59,972 nucleotides of DNA from Ilumatobacteraceae bacterium. Lineage in GTDB: Bacteria; Actinomycetota; Acidimicrobiia; Acidimicrobiales; Ilumatobacteraceae. The DNA lies in NCBI GenBank assembly GCA_023262255.1, contig JALRBT010000001.1:1-59972 (forward strand), given 5' to 3'. Made by a program: the position numbers and the translations under genes. Shown here in pieces: positions 20,544 through 29,099 of this stretch. Position 1 is the stretch's first letter, and every line of letters starts with the position of its first letter. Below the pieces are notes generated by a model. It saw nothing but the letters and a program-made list of their open reading frames with translations, searched no databases and was not told the origin of the DNA.

Positions 20544-21715
20544 CCGACGCCGTTCGCCAGCGCTTTCCAGGGGTACGGGGCGAGTGGGCCCGATTCGACG
20601 GCCCTGCCGGCACGCAGATGGTGGATGTGGCGATACGCGCATCGAGTGACTGGTCGGCGAGCGGCAACAACGCCAACACGCACGGCTCGTTCGCTGCCGC
20701 CGACGCCACCGATGCCCTGCTCGAGCGTTCCCGCGATGTGGTTGGTCGACTCCTGGATGCCGACCCCAAGGGTGTGGTCTTCGGCGCGAACATGACCACG
20801 ATGACGTTCGCCTTCACGCGAGCCGTTGCCCGCACGCTGAAACCCGGGGATCGCGTGGTGGGAACACGATTGGACCACGACGCGAACGTGTCGCCGTGGA
20901 GGATCGCATGCGAGGACTCGGGGGCCGAGCACGTGCTTGCCCCGTTCTCCCCCGTCGATGGGCGGCTCGACATGGTTGCACTCGCGCAACTGATCACACC
21001 GAACACCAAGTGGGTGGCAGTGACCGGTGCGTCGAATCTCATCGGAACGATGCCCGATGTGAAGGCCGTCGTCGCGATGGCTCGCAGCGTTGGTGCGCGC
21101 GTGTTCGTGGATGCCGTGCACCTGGTACCCCACATGCCGGTGAGCGTCCGCGAGATCGGCTGCGACGTGCTCGCCACCAGCCCCTACAAGTGGTACGGCC
21201 CGCACGCCGGTGTGCTGTGCGTCGAGCCGAACTTGCTCAATGCGTTGCCGATTGCCAAGGTTCGGCCCGCCGACGACGTCGGCCCGCGAAGATTCGAAAC
21301 CGGTACCCCCAACCTCGAGAACATCGCCGCCATCGAGGCCGCAGCTCGTCACCTGCTCGAGGAAGACATGCGGAACGTTGCGCGTTACGAGCGCGACGTG
21401 TTCGCGCCACTACTGAATGGACTGCTGGCGATGCCGCATGTGACGGTGTGGGGTCCACCGACGCTGGAGTCACGAACCCCGACGGTTGCATTCACGGTGT
21501 CGGGCATGTCACCGGATCGTGTGGCGGAGTCGCTGGCCGCGAAGAAGATCGCCGTGTGGGCCGGAAGTTCGTACGCAGTCGAATTGGTGAAACACCTCGG
21601 TCTCGAAGAATCCGGTGGCGTGGTGCGAGCAGGAGTGGTGCGTTACGTGACGTCGGACGACGTGCAACGTCTGCTGATAGCCGTTGCTGCACTCGACAGC
21701 ATTAGCCTGAGATGA
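20540..21715 (+). CDS. class V aminotransferase / cysteine desulfurase-like PLP enzyme
   Basis: Fold-type I PLP pattern (VAVTGASNLIGT, FVDAVHLVPH, ATSPYKWYGPHAGVL with a candidate PLP Lys). I placed the start at the GTG at 20540, not the upstream ATG at 20420. Confidence 0.75.
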   Translation: MTDAVRQRFPGVRGEWARFDGPAGTQMVDVAIRASSDWSASGNNANTHGSFAAADATDALLERSRDVVGRLLDADPKGVVFGANMTTMTFAFTRAVARTLKPGDRVVGTRLDHDANVSPWRIACEDSGAEHVLAPFSPVDGRLDMVALAQLITPNTKWVAVTGASNLIGTMPDVKAVVAMARSVGARVFVDAVHLVPHMPVSVREIGCDVLATSPYKWYGPHAGVLCVEPNLLNALPIAKVRPADDVGPRRFETGTPNLENIAAIEAAARHLLEEDMRNVARYERDVFAPLLNGLLAMPHVTVWGPPTLESRTPTVAFTVSGMSPDRVAESLAAKKIAVWAGSSYAVELVKHLGLEESGGVVRAGVVRYVTSDDVQRLLIAVAALDSISLR

Positions 21716-21717
21716 AG

Positions 21718-21792
21718 CGGGATGTAGCACAGCTTGGCTAGTGCGCCTGGTTTGGGACCAGGAGGTCGCAGGTTCAAATCCTGCCATCCCGA
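21718..21792 (+). tRNA. tRNA-Pro (anticodon TGG)
   Basis: A hand-folded cloverleaf. The acceptor is cgggatg/catcccg and the anticodon arm is cctgg-tttggga-ccagg. The T arm is gcagg-ttcaaat-cctgc. The gene is 75 nt and CCA is not encoded. Confidence 0.9.
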
Positions 21793-21843
21793 CGGATTCC
21801 ATAGTTGTTCTGGACCTTCATCTCGACCGGGGGCATCGCCTAC

Positions 21844-22254
21844 ATGTCAAATTCACTGAGCAACCGCGAAAAATACGTGTCGCTCGTGACGTTTCGCCGC
21901 GACGGCAGCGCCGTCCCCACGCCCGTGTGGTTCGCCGCCATGGGTGACGAATTCGGGGTGATCACGGAAACCAACGTTGGCAAGGTCAAGCGAATACGCA
22001 ACAATCCCCGGGTGACGGTGCAGGTGTGCGACCTGAGCGGGAACGTGTCGAGCGATGCTCCGATGTTGTCGGCAACGGCTCGCCTGGTAACCGGCGACGA
22101 GGCGGTTCGCGTGCGCAAGGCGGTGGGCAAGAAGTACGGCCCGATTTACGTGGCGTTCAGCGTGTACTGGCAGGTATCCACGTTGTGGGAAAAGATCCGC
22201 GGTCGCGACAAACACGACCCCGAGACGGCAATCGTGTTCCGCCTCACGGCGTAA
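21844..22254 (+). CDS. PPOX-class probable F420-dependent enzyme (pyridoxamine 5'-phosphate oxidase fold)
   Basis: VSLVTFRRDGSAVPTPVWFA...KVKRIRNNPRVTV pattern typical of the actinobacterial PPOX/F420 family. Start taken at the ATG at 21844. Confidence 0.7.
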   Translation: MSNSLSNREKYVSLVTFRRDGSAVPTPVWFAAMGDEFGVITETNVGKVKRIRNNPRVTVQVCDLSGNVSSDAPMLSATARLVTGDEAVRVRKAVGKKYGPIYVAFSVYWQVSTLWEKIRGRDKHDPETAIVFRLTA

Positions 22255-22313
22255 CTCGCACCGCCGCCGACGTCCACCACGTCACACCATGCCCGCGATG
22301 ACCGTCCCCTGCC

Positions 22314-23420
22314 CTACGCGCCACTCACGGGGAGCGTGTCGACACGACTGGTGATGGCGTCGAGGTAATCGAGATCCGGATCGATACCGATACCGGGTCC
22401 CGTCGGCACATCGAGATGGCCATCGCGCAGCACGAACGGTGTCGTCACGTCACGGTGAAAGTACCGGGCCGATGCAGAGGTATCGCCCGGCAACGTGAAG
22501 CCGGGGAGCGCCGCCAGCGCCAGATTGGCTGCGCGCCCAATGCCGGTTTCCAGCATTCCGCCGCACCACACCGCAACGCCGCGGTCGAGACAGAGATCGT
22601 GGATCTTCTTTGCCTCGAGGTACCCACCGACGCGTGCGGGTTTGATGTTGATGATGCTGCACGCACCGATGTCGATCGCCTCGCGTGCCACCTCCGCGGA
22701 AAGAATCGACTCGTCGAGACAAATTGGAGTTCGCACCACCTGTGCAAGTTGAGCGTGGGAGGCAACCTGCTCTTCGGGCAGCGGTTGCTCGATGAGCAGG
22801 AGATCGAACGCGTCGAGTTTCGCCAGGTGTTCGGCGTCGGACACGTGGTACGCCGAGTTGGCATCCACCTGCAACAGCAGGTCGTCACCGAACGTCGAGC
22901 GCACTGCCCGAACCGGCTCCACATCGAAACCGGGCTCGATCTTCAACTTGATGCGCAGGTAGCCGTCGTCGAGATACCCCTGCACCACACGAATGAGGTC
23001 GTCGATGCTCGGCTGAATACCCACCGATACCCCGGAGCGAACTCGCCGTTGCGTGGCTCCGAGGAACGATGCAAGACTCACCCCGTCGCAGCGCAACCAG
23101 AAGTCCAGCAGCGCAGTCTCCAACACGGCCTTGGACATGTAGTGGCCGCGAATGCCTTCCACCGCTGCGGCGAATGCTTCCGCCGTGGTGCTCGGCCCCA
23201 CCTGGGGCAACAAGAATCGGCGCAGCACGGCCTCGCACCCGTCGACGTACTCGCTGGAATACATCGGTGCACTCATTGCCACGCACTCGCCCCAACCGCT
23301 GGCTCCATCACCGAACACTTCGAGGTAGAGCAAATCCCGGGTGGTCTCCACACCAAAACTCGTTCGGAACGGCGACACCAGATCAATGTGCGCGCGGCGC
23401 AATCGGATCCCAGAAATCAT
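22314..23420 (-). CDS. enolase-superfamily o-succinylbenzoate synthase / N-acylamino acid racemase family enzyme
   Basis: KxK motif RIKLKI, metal ligands QVDANSAY, LIEQPL and CLDESI, and a second catalytic Lys in IINIKPARVGG. The ATG at 23420 overlaps the upstream stop (ATGA). Confidence 0.85.
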   Translation of the reverse strand: MISGIRLRRAHIDLVSPFRTSFGVETTRDLLYLEVFGDGASGWGECVAMSAPMYSSEYVDGCEAVLRRFLLPQVGPSTTAEAFAAAVEGIRGHYMSKAVLETALLDFWLRCDGVSLASFLGATQRRVRSGVSVGIQPSIDDLIRVVQGYLDDGYLRIKLKIEPGFDVEPVRAVRSTFGDDLLLQVDANSAYHVSDAEHLAKLDAFDLLLIEQPLPEEQVASHAQLAQVVRTPICLDESILSAEVAREAIDIGACSIINIKPARVGGYLEAKKIHDLCLDRGVAVWCGGMLETGIGRAANLALAALPGFTLPGDTSASARYFHRDVTTPFVLRDGHLDVPTGPGIGIDPDLDYLDAITSRVDTLPVSGA

Positions 23421-24103
23421 GCGCGAACCACGGCGTAGCAACCGTCAGCCATGAACCCTGCCACCTTCCATTCGCCGGAGAATGCCTTGCGCCAGTCTGC
23501 CCGATGCCGCTCGCGCCAGGCCTGAGCCTCGCGATGGTCGGTTACGCGCAACGCCTCGACGTCCTGCGGTGTTGGAATCGTCCAGTCGGCAGCGGTGACA
23601 ACAACACCAGCCGGTGGCTCGGGGTTGCTTCCCGCCACCTGCCATCGCACCATCAGTCGATCGGTGCGTTGGCCCCGATTGATGCCGTCATCGATCGTTC
23701 CGTAGAAATCCTCGTGGTACTCGGTGACCACCGCCCCGAGTTTGACGAGGTTGAAGTAGGCATTGCGGCGTACCAGCGGATCGAACGTCCACGTGATGGC
23801 CTCGAGCGAGTGGCCGTGGGCCCAGTGCCACTGGTGTCGCTTGAGGGCGTCACCGACACCAGCGGAGTTGTGCGACTTGACCACCCCCGTGACGTGCGAG
23901 TGGAGCGTTCGCCCGGCACCGAGAAACCCCCAACTGGCACCAACCACACGATCATCCACCCACGCCAGGGACGCATAGCCGCCGGCGTGCACCGTGGCGA
24001 TGATGACCTCGTGGGACACCATTCCCGACATTCCCCAGACCCGGTCGAACACCTCACCCGCGATTTCACAGTCGTGCGTGGTGTGCGCGGTGGTGATTCG
24101 CAC
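23417..24103 (-). CDS. GNAT-superfamily acyltransferase-like protein (COG3375-like)
   Basis: GNAT-like core (GYASLAWVDDRVVGASWGFLG...HSHVTGVVKSHNSAGVGDALKRHQ). The start is uncertain. I chose the GTG at 24103; the ORF-track start at 24262 would overlap upp. Confidence 0.6.
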   Translation of the reverse strand: MRITTAHTTHDCEIAGEVFDRVWGMSGMVSHEVIIATVHAGGYASLAWVDDRVVGASWGFLGAGRTLHSHVTGVVKSHNSAGVGDALKRHQWHWAHGHSLEAITWTFDPLVRRNAYFNLVKLGAVVTEYHEDFYGTIDDGINRGQRTDRLMVRWQVAGSNPEPPAGVVVTAADWTIPTPQDVEALRVTDHREAQAWRERHRADWRKAFSGEWKVAGFMADGCYAVVRA

Positions 24104-24178
24104 GTCGGAAACGCTAGTTCGCCCCCGACGAAGCACTGGAGTTCGCCCCCGGCCGCGTGACTGCGCAAGTATGTAGAC

Positions 24179-24814
24179 ATGGCACTTCAAGTCACCGTGG
24201 TTGACCATCCAGTCGCGCAGGAAGCCCTCACCCACCTGCGTGACCAGAACACCTCCAACCAAATGTTCCGCGCAGAGATGCGAAGACTGTCGTTGGTGGT
24301 GGTCGCGGAGGCGACACGCCGCATTCCGACGGTTTCACGAAAGGTGACGACCCCCCTTGCCACTACCGATGGCGTACAACTGGTGAGTCGACCGGTGTTG
24401 GTGCCGATCCTTCGCGCCGGGCTCGGCATGTTGCCCGCCGCCATGGAATTGCTGCCCGATGCGGACATCGCCGTGGTGGGGGTACAACGCGATGAGGACA
24501 CCCACGAGCCGAGTGAATACGTTGCCAAACTTCCCACCAACCTCAGTGGTCGTACCTGCGTGGTGCTCGATCCGATGCTTGCAACGGGTGGTTCACTTGC
24601 CCACGGCTGCAAGATCCTCGTCGATCGCGGCGCCAGTGCGACCATCTTCGTTGCATGCGTGTTGGCTGCACCGGAGGACATCAAACACCTGGAATCCACG
24701 GGAATGGATCTGCACATCGTGACAGCGTCGATCGACAGCCACCTCAACGAGCATGCATTCATCGTGCCGGGCCTCGGCGACGCAGGCGACCGCCAATTCG
24801 GTCCCCCGAACTGA
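24179..24814 (+). CDS. upp: uracil phosphoribosyltransferase
   Basis: VDHPVAQEALTHLRD, PILRAGLGM, and PRPP motif VLDPMLATGGS. Confidence 0.9.
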   Translation: MALQVTVVDHPVAQEALTHLRDQNTSNQMFRAEMRRLSLVVVAEATRRIPTVSRKVTTPLATTDGVQLVSRPVLVPILRAGLGMLPAAMELLPDADIAVVGVQRDEDTHEPSEYVAKLPTNLSGRTCVVLDPMLATGGSLAHGCKILVDRGASATIFVACVLAAPEDIKHLESTGMDLHIVTASIDSHLNEHAFIVPGLGDAGDRQFGPPN

Positions 24815-24860
24815 CGTTCACATCAGTGCCATTGCGCACGCGGCGCGACTTTGTGGTTGA

Positions 24861-25895
24861 TCAGCCGAAGAAGGCTGCGGCTACGTCGATGAACAAGTCG
24901 AGGTCGATCGTTCGCGTCTGACCACGTGTCACCTGCATCGACACTCGCTCGATTCGGCCGCAGTTGAGCACCACCATCTGCCCGAACGCCCTTGCATAGA
25001 CGGCGTCGACCGCAGCCAGACCAAAGCGGGACGACAACACACGGTCGTACGCAGTGGGCGTACCACCGCGCTGCACATGGCCGAGTTGCACCACGCGTGA
25101 CTCGTAACCGGTGAGTTTCGAGAGTGCTGGCGCGATCACCTGGCTGATGCTGCCGTGCAGTTCGCGGCCGTACTTGTCGAGTTCCGGTTCGGGAATGTCG
25201 AGCGTTCCCTGCTTGGGCTTTGCGCCTTCGGCCACCACCACGAGTGATGCGTAGCGCCCACGATCGTGGCGCCTGGAAACAATCGTCGCCACTTCCTTGA
25301 TGTCGAACGGCACTTCGGGTACGAGAATCGCCGTGGCGCCACCCGCCAACCCGGCCTGAAGTGCGATCCAACCTGCATCGCGACCCATCACCTCGATCAC
25401 CATCACGCGGTCGTGACTTTCTGCCGTGGTGTGCAAACGGTCGATGGCATCGGTGGCAATTTGCACCGCGGTTTGGAATCCGAACGTTGCATCGGTGCCG
25501 ACGACGTCGTTGTCGATGGTCTTTGGAACCCCGACGATCGGCAATCCGTGGTCATCGGCCAGCAACGAAGCAACCGTCAGCGAGCCGTTGCCTCCGATTA
25601 CGACGAGCGCATCGAGACCGAGTTCGGCGAATACCTGCTTCGTGCGCTCCACCCCGTCGGGATGATCGAACGGACTACCCCGTCGCGTTCCAAGGATCGT
25701 TCCGCCCTTGGGAAGAATCCCGCGCACCTTGCTGATGTCGAGTTCGTCGTATCGCTTCTCCAGCACGCCATCCCAGGCGTCGTAGAAACCGAGCACGCGA
25801 TGTCCACCCACGCCGTGGGCCTTGCGCACGATTGCGCGGATGACGGCGTTGAGTCCGGGACAATCTCCACCCCCGGTGAGGACGCCGATGTTCAC
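24861..25895 (-). CDS. pfkA: 6-phosphofructokinase (ATP- or PPi-dependent; not resolved)
   Basis: IGVLTGGGDCPGLNAVIR, VIGGNGS, VGVPKTIDND and MGRDAG. Confidence 0.9.
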   Translation of the reverse strand: MNIGVLTGGGDCPGLNAVIRAIVRKAHGVGGHRVLGFYDAWDGVLEKRYDELDISKVRGILPKGGTILGTRRGSPFDHPDGVERTKQVFAELGLDALVVIGGNGSLTVASLLADDHGLPIVGVPKTIDNDVVGTDATFGFQTAVQIATDAIDRLHTTAESHDRVMVIEVMGRDAGWIALQAGLAGGATAILVPEVPFDIKEVATIVSRRHDRGRYASLVVVAEGAKPKQGTLDIPEPELDKYGRELHGSISQVIAPALSKLTGYESRVVQLGHVQRGGTPTAYDRVLSSRFGLAAVDAVYARAFGQMVVLNCGRIERVSMQVTRGQTRTIDLDLFIDVAAAFFG

Positions 25896-25915
25896 GGCTT
25901 CAAGACTAAGAGCGT

Positions 25916-26890
25916 TCAGCTCGTGACTCGACGTGCACCTTCCACCAGGTTGATGCGGTAGATCACCTCATCCAATGCATCCCCTGCCGTGACGGTGGGA
26001 TAGCGCAACGGATTCTCCTTCGTTACGCACGTTGGGAGTGGTGCCAGCAGGGTCGACGGACGCGGGTGACAGAACTGCACGATGCTGTATCGCTCGCCGT
26101 CGAAATCCGGATCTGCCACGACGCGATGCCAGCCGATGGGGATGACGCCGTTCGTCAGGCGCTCCAGCATGATGCCGGTGTTCAAGATGACGTGCCCTGC
26201 AGGCGGTACGGCGTCGATCCATTTGCCTCCATGCTTCACCTGCAAGCCCTTCGCAGTGGCGCGTGGCAGGGCCGTGATCAAGTTGATGTCGCCGTGTTCG
26301 GCCGCCCAAACATGGCCTTCATCCGGAACTTGCTTCATGCTCGGATACCGAATCGCGCGATTGAGTGCGCAGCCGTTGTCGACCATCTCGTCAAAGAACG
26401 TGTCCTTGCAGCCGAGCCCCACGGCGATGATCCGCAGGAAACGTGTCTGCAGATCGATCATTGCGTCGTGGAAGGCGTACAGCACCGTGCTGATGCCGGG
26501 TACGGATGCCTCGGGAAGCACTTGGTCGGGATATGCCTGCGGGAACTTCCGCCGCATCGGATGACCGGGCTCCAACTGTTTACCCCAGTTGAGCATCTCC
26601 TTCCAGTCGGGCTTGTCGCTTACCTCGGCGGTTTCCACCAACACGTCGGTGTACCCCGTTTGACCGTTCGCGCCCGCGGCGATGTAACGACGCTTCTCTT
26701 CCAATGGCTTGTTGAAGAACTCGAACAACATGGAGTACGTGGTGTCGAGCATGTCTTCCGACAGATCGTGACTGGTGTACACGAAACCGGTCGCGAGACT
26801 GCGCATGACACCGTCGACGACGGCCTTGCGCTGCGCTGCGTTTCCGCGCTCGAATGCGAGGAGATCGACGTCCAGGATGTCGTTGGACAT
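25916..26890 (-). CDS. 2-oxoglutarate/Fe(II)-dependent oxygenase (isopenicillin N synthase family)
   Basis: Facial-triad pattern AAEHGDINLITAL ... WHRV, with the family-typical N-terminal domain; 324 aa. Confidence 0.75.
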   Translation of the reverse strand: MSNDILDVDLLAFERGNAAQRKAVVDGVMRSLATGFVYTSHDLSEDMLDTTYSMLFEFFNKPLEEKRRYIAAGANGQTGYTDVLVETAEVSDKPDWKEMLNWGKQLEPGHPMRRKFPQAYPDQVLPEASVPGISTVLYAFHDAMIDLQTRFLRIIAVGLGCKDTFFDEMVDNGCALNRAIRYPSMKQVPDEGHVWAAEHGDINLITALPRATAKGLQVKHGGKWIDAVPPAGHVILNTGIMLERLTNGVIPIGWHRVVADPDFDGERYSIVQFCHPRPSTLLAPLPTCVTKENPLRYPTVTAGDALDEVIYRINLVEGARRVTS

Positions 26891-26930
26891 GCCCCCACGC
26901 TATTGCCACGGATATGGTGACACCTGCATC

Positions 26931-27779
26931 ATGACGTATCGACTCGTTCCGGCTGGCGACATCCACCTGGCCGTGCGCGAATGGGCGTCACCCAACGCCC
27001 GACCGTCGGTCTTGTTGGTGCACGGTCTTGCGTCCAACTCGCTTCTCTGGCAGGGTGCCGCTGCCGAACTCGTCGCACTCGGTTACCACGTGATAGCCGT
27101 CGATCAACGAGGGCATGGTCACAGCACCAAACCGGACGACGGCTACGACATGGCCACCGTCGTGAACGATCTTACAACCGTGATCGACGTACTGAATCTC
27201 GAACGACCGGTGGTCGCAGGTCAATCCTGGGGAGGCAACGTGGTGGTGGAGTTGGCCCACCGACACCCCGATCTGGTCGGCGGAGTCTGCGGGGTCGACG
27301 GCGGCCTCATCACGCTGTCGCAACGTTTCGACTCGTGGGAAGAGTGCGTCGAGGTGCTGCAGCCACCGCGTTTGGCCGGCGTGGATGGTGCCTCCTTCGA
27401 GCAGATGATTCGTCGAAGTTACGCCGGTTGGCCCGAGTCGGCAATCTCCGGTGCCCTTGCCAACATGCAACGCCACGACGACGGCACGATGAGCCCGTGG
27501 CTCACTTTCGATCGCCACCTGAAGGTGTTGCGCGGACTTTGGGAGCACGCGCCACGCGAGATCGTTGCCACTACTCGTTGCCCGGTGTTGTTCACACCAG
27601 CCGATTCGGGCGACGCATGGTCGCAACACAAGCGTGACGATTATCAACGTGCGATGCGACAGAATGAACGGGTGCGGGTGGAGTGGTTCTCACCGGCCCA
27701 CCACGACCTTCACGCGCAGTTTCCGGCACGCTGGGCGGCCGTACTGCACGAACACATCACGAACGGTTTCCTCGCATGA
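26931..27779 (+). CDS. alpha/beta hydrolase
   Basis: LLVHGLASNS oxyanion region, nucleophile elbow GQSWGG, and a C-terminal HH. Start at the ATG at 26931. Confidence 0.8.
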   Translation: MTYRLVPAGDIHLAVREWASPNARPSVLLVHGLASNSLLWQGAAAELVALGYHVIAVDQRGHGHSTKPDDGYDMATVVNDLTTVIDVLNLERPVVAGQSWGGNVVVELAHRHPDLVGGVCGVDGGLITLSQRFDSWEECVEVLQPPRLAGVDGASFEQMIRRSYAGWPESAISGALANMQRHDDGTMSPWLTFDRHLKVLRGLWEHAPREIVATTRCPVLFTPADSGDAWSQHKRDDYQRAMRQNERVRVEWFSPAHHDLHAQFPARWAAVLHEHITNGFLA

Positions 27780-29059
27780 CGCTTCCGCGCATGCTCGCAA
27801 TCATGGGCTCGGGCGAAACCGCCCCCACCATGGTGTCGACGCACCGGCGACTCACGTCGCTGCTGCCATCACCCGTGCGTGCAGTGGTGCTCGACACACC
27901 GTACGGATTCCAGGAGAACGCCCCGGAACTCGCCGAGCGCGCCGTCGACTATTTCTCCACGAGCGTGAACGTGGATCTCCTCGTTGCCGGACTCACCCGC
28001 ATGCAGCCCGACGACCGCGGCATCTCGCCAGATGCGGTCTCGGTGGAGAAGGGCTTGCGAATGGTCGACGACGCCGACTACGTATTTGCCGGTCCCGGCT
28101 CCCCCACCTATTCGTTGCGGCAGTGGAGCAACACACCCCTTCGGTCGTTGTTGATCCGCAAACTCCACACCGGCGGTGTCGTTACGTTCGCCTCTGCGGC
28201 CGCATTGACGCTCGGTCGTCGCACGGTGCCGGTCTACGAGATCTACAAGGCCGGAAGCGATCCGTATTGGCTGGAGGGTCTCGACGTGCTCGGCGAATTT
28301 GGAATCTTGGCGACGGTGATACCCCATTACGACAATGCCGAGGGTGGACACCACGACACTCGCTTTTGCTACCTCGGCGAACGGCGCCTGCAGATGCTGG
28401 AGGAACGCTTCGAGTTCGATGAGTACGTCATCGGCATCGACGAACACACCGGCCTGGTGCTCGACTTTGATCGCGACGTCGCAGAGGTGGTGGGCAATTC
28501 CACGGTGACACTGCGCAACAAATCACAAGAGCGGAAGTTCGAGACGGGCGACGTGATTCCCCTCGGTCAACTTCGTTCACCGTCGTGGTCGGGGACCTCA
28601 GCTGCGACACCGACACCATCACGGAATGCGGCGCACGGCGACACGACGAGCAGCGATACGGGCCCGGTGTCGCTCGGCGCCGCCGCAGATCAACATCGTG
28701 CGGCATTTGATTCCGCCATCTCACGACGTGACGCCGATGCCGCAGTCGGAGCGATCCTGGCCCTCGAATCAGATATTCGCGCCTGGTCGCTGGACACGTT
28801 GCAAAGTGCCGAGCGCGAACTGGCTGTCGCTGCACTTCGATCGATGATTTCCAAGTTGGGCGAAGCCGCCACCGGGGGCCTGCGCGATCCTCGCTCGGTG
28901 GTGGAACCATTCGTTGGTGGGTTGCTGGCCGTGCGCAGCGTGGCGCGAGCGGAAAAACGCTTCGATTTGTCGGACCTGGTCCGCGATCAATTGTTGGCAG
29001 CAGGCGTCGAGGTGCGGGACACCAAGAACGGCGTCGAATGGGTACTACGCGGAGACTGA
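27776..29059 (+). CDS. hypothetical fusion protein: N-terminal S51/class-I-amidotransferase-like domain plus C-terminal CysRS/MshC-like helical tail
   Basis: The ATG at 27776 overlaps the upstream stop (ATGA). The N-terminus has IMGSGETAP ... ADYVFAGPGSPTYSLRQW ... FASAAALTLG. The C-terminal ARAEKRFDLSDLVRDQLLAAGVEVRDTKNGVEWVL resembles the C-terminal end of cysteinyl-tRNA synthetases. Confidence 0.55.
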   Translation: MTLPRMLAIMGSGETAPTMVSTHRRLTSLLPSPVRAVVLDTPYGFQENAPELAERAVDYFSTSVNVDLLVAGLTRMQPDDRGISPDAVSVEKGLRMVDDADYVFAGPGSPTYSLRQWSNTPLRSLLIRKLHTGGVVTFASAAALTLGRRTVPVYEIYKAGSDPYWLEGLDVLGEFGILATVIPHYDNAEGGHHDTRFCYLGERRLQMLEERFEFDEYVIGIDEHTGLVLDFDRDVAEVVGNSTVTLRNKSQERKFETGDVIPLGQLRSPSWSGTSAATPTPSRNAAHGDTTSSDTGPVSLGAAADQHRAAFDSAISRRDADAAVGAILALESDIRAWSLDTLQSAERELAVAALRSMISKLGEAATGGLRDPRSVVEPFVGGLLAVRSVARAEKRFDLSDLVRDQLLAAGVEVRDTKNGVEWVLRGD

Positions 29060-29099
29060 ATGGCGACTATGCACCGACAGAGTGCGTACTTCGCCGCGA

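Noticed and set aside
19729-21177. 482-aa ORF on the minus strand spanning the tig 5' region and the class-V PLP enzyme gene
   Set aside because: It lies antisense to two well-supported genes. Its translation is dominated by Arg, Ser, Pro, Thr and Ala, as expected for the mirror frame of high-GC coding DNA, and it has no motifs.
22314-23420. Calling the enolase-superfamily gene menC (menaquinone biosynthesis)
   Set aside because: No other men genes are nearby, and the gene is translationally coupled to a GNAT-like gene. OSBS and NSAR cannot be separated by eye, so it was left at family level.
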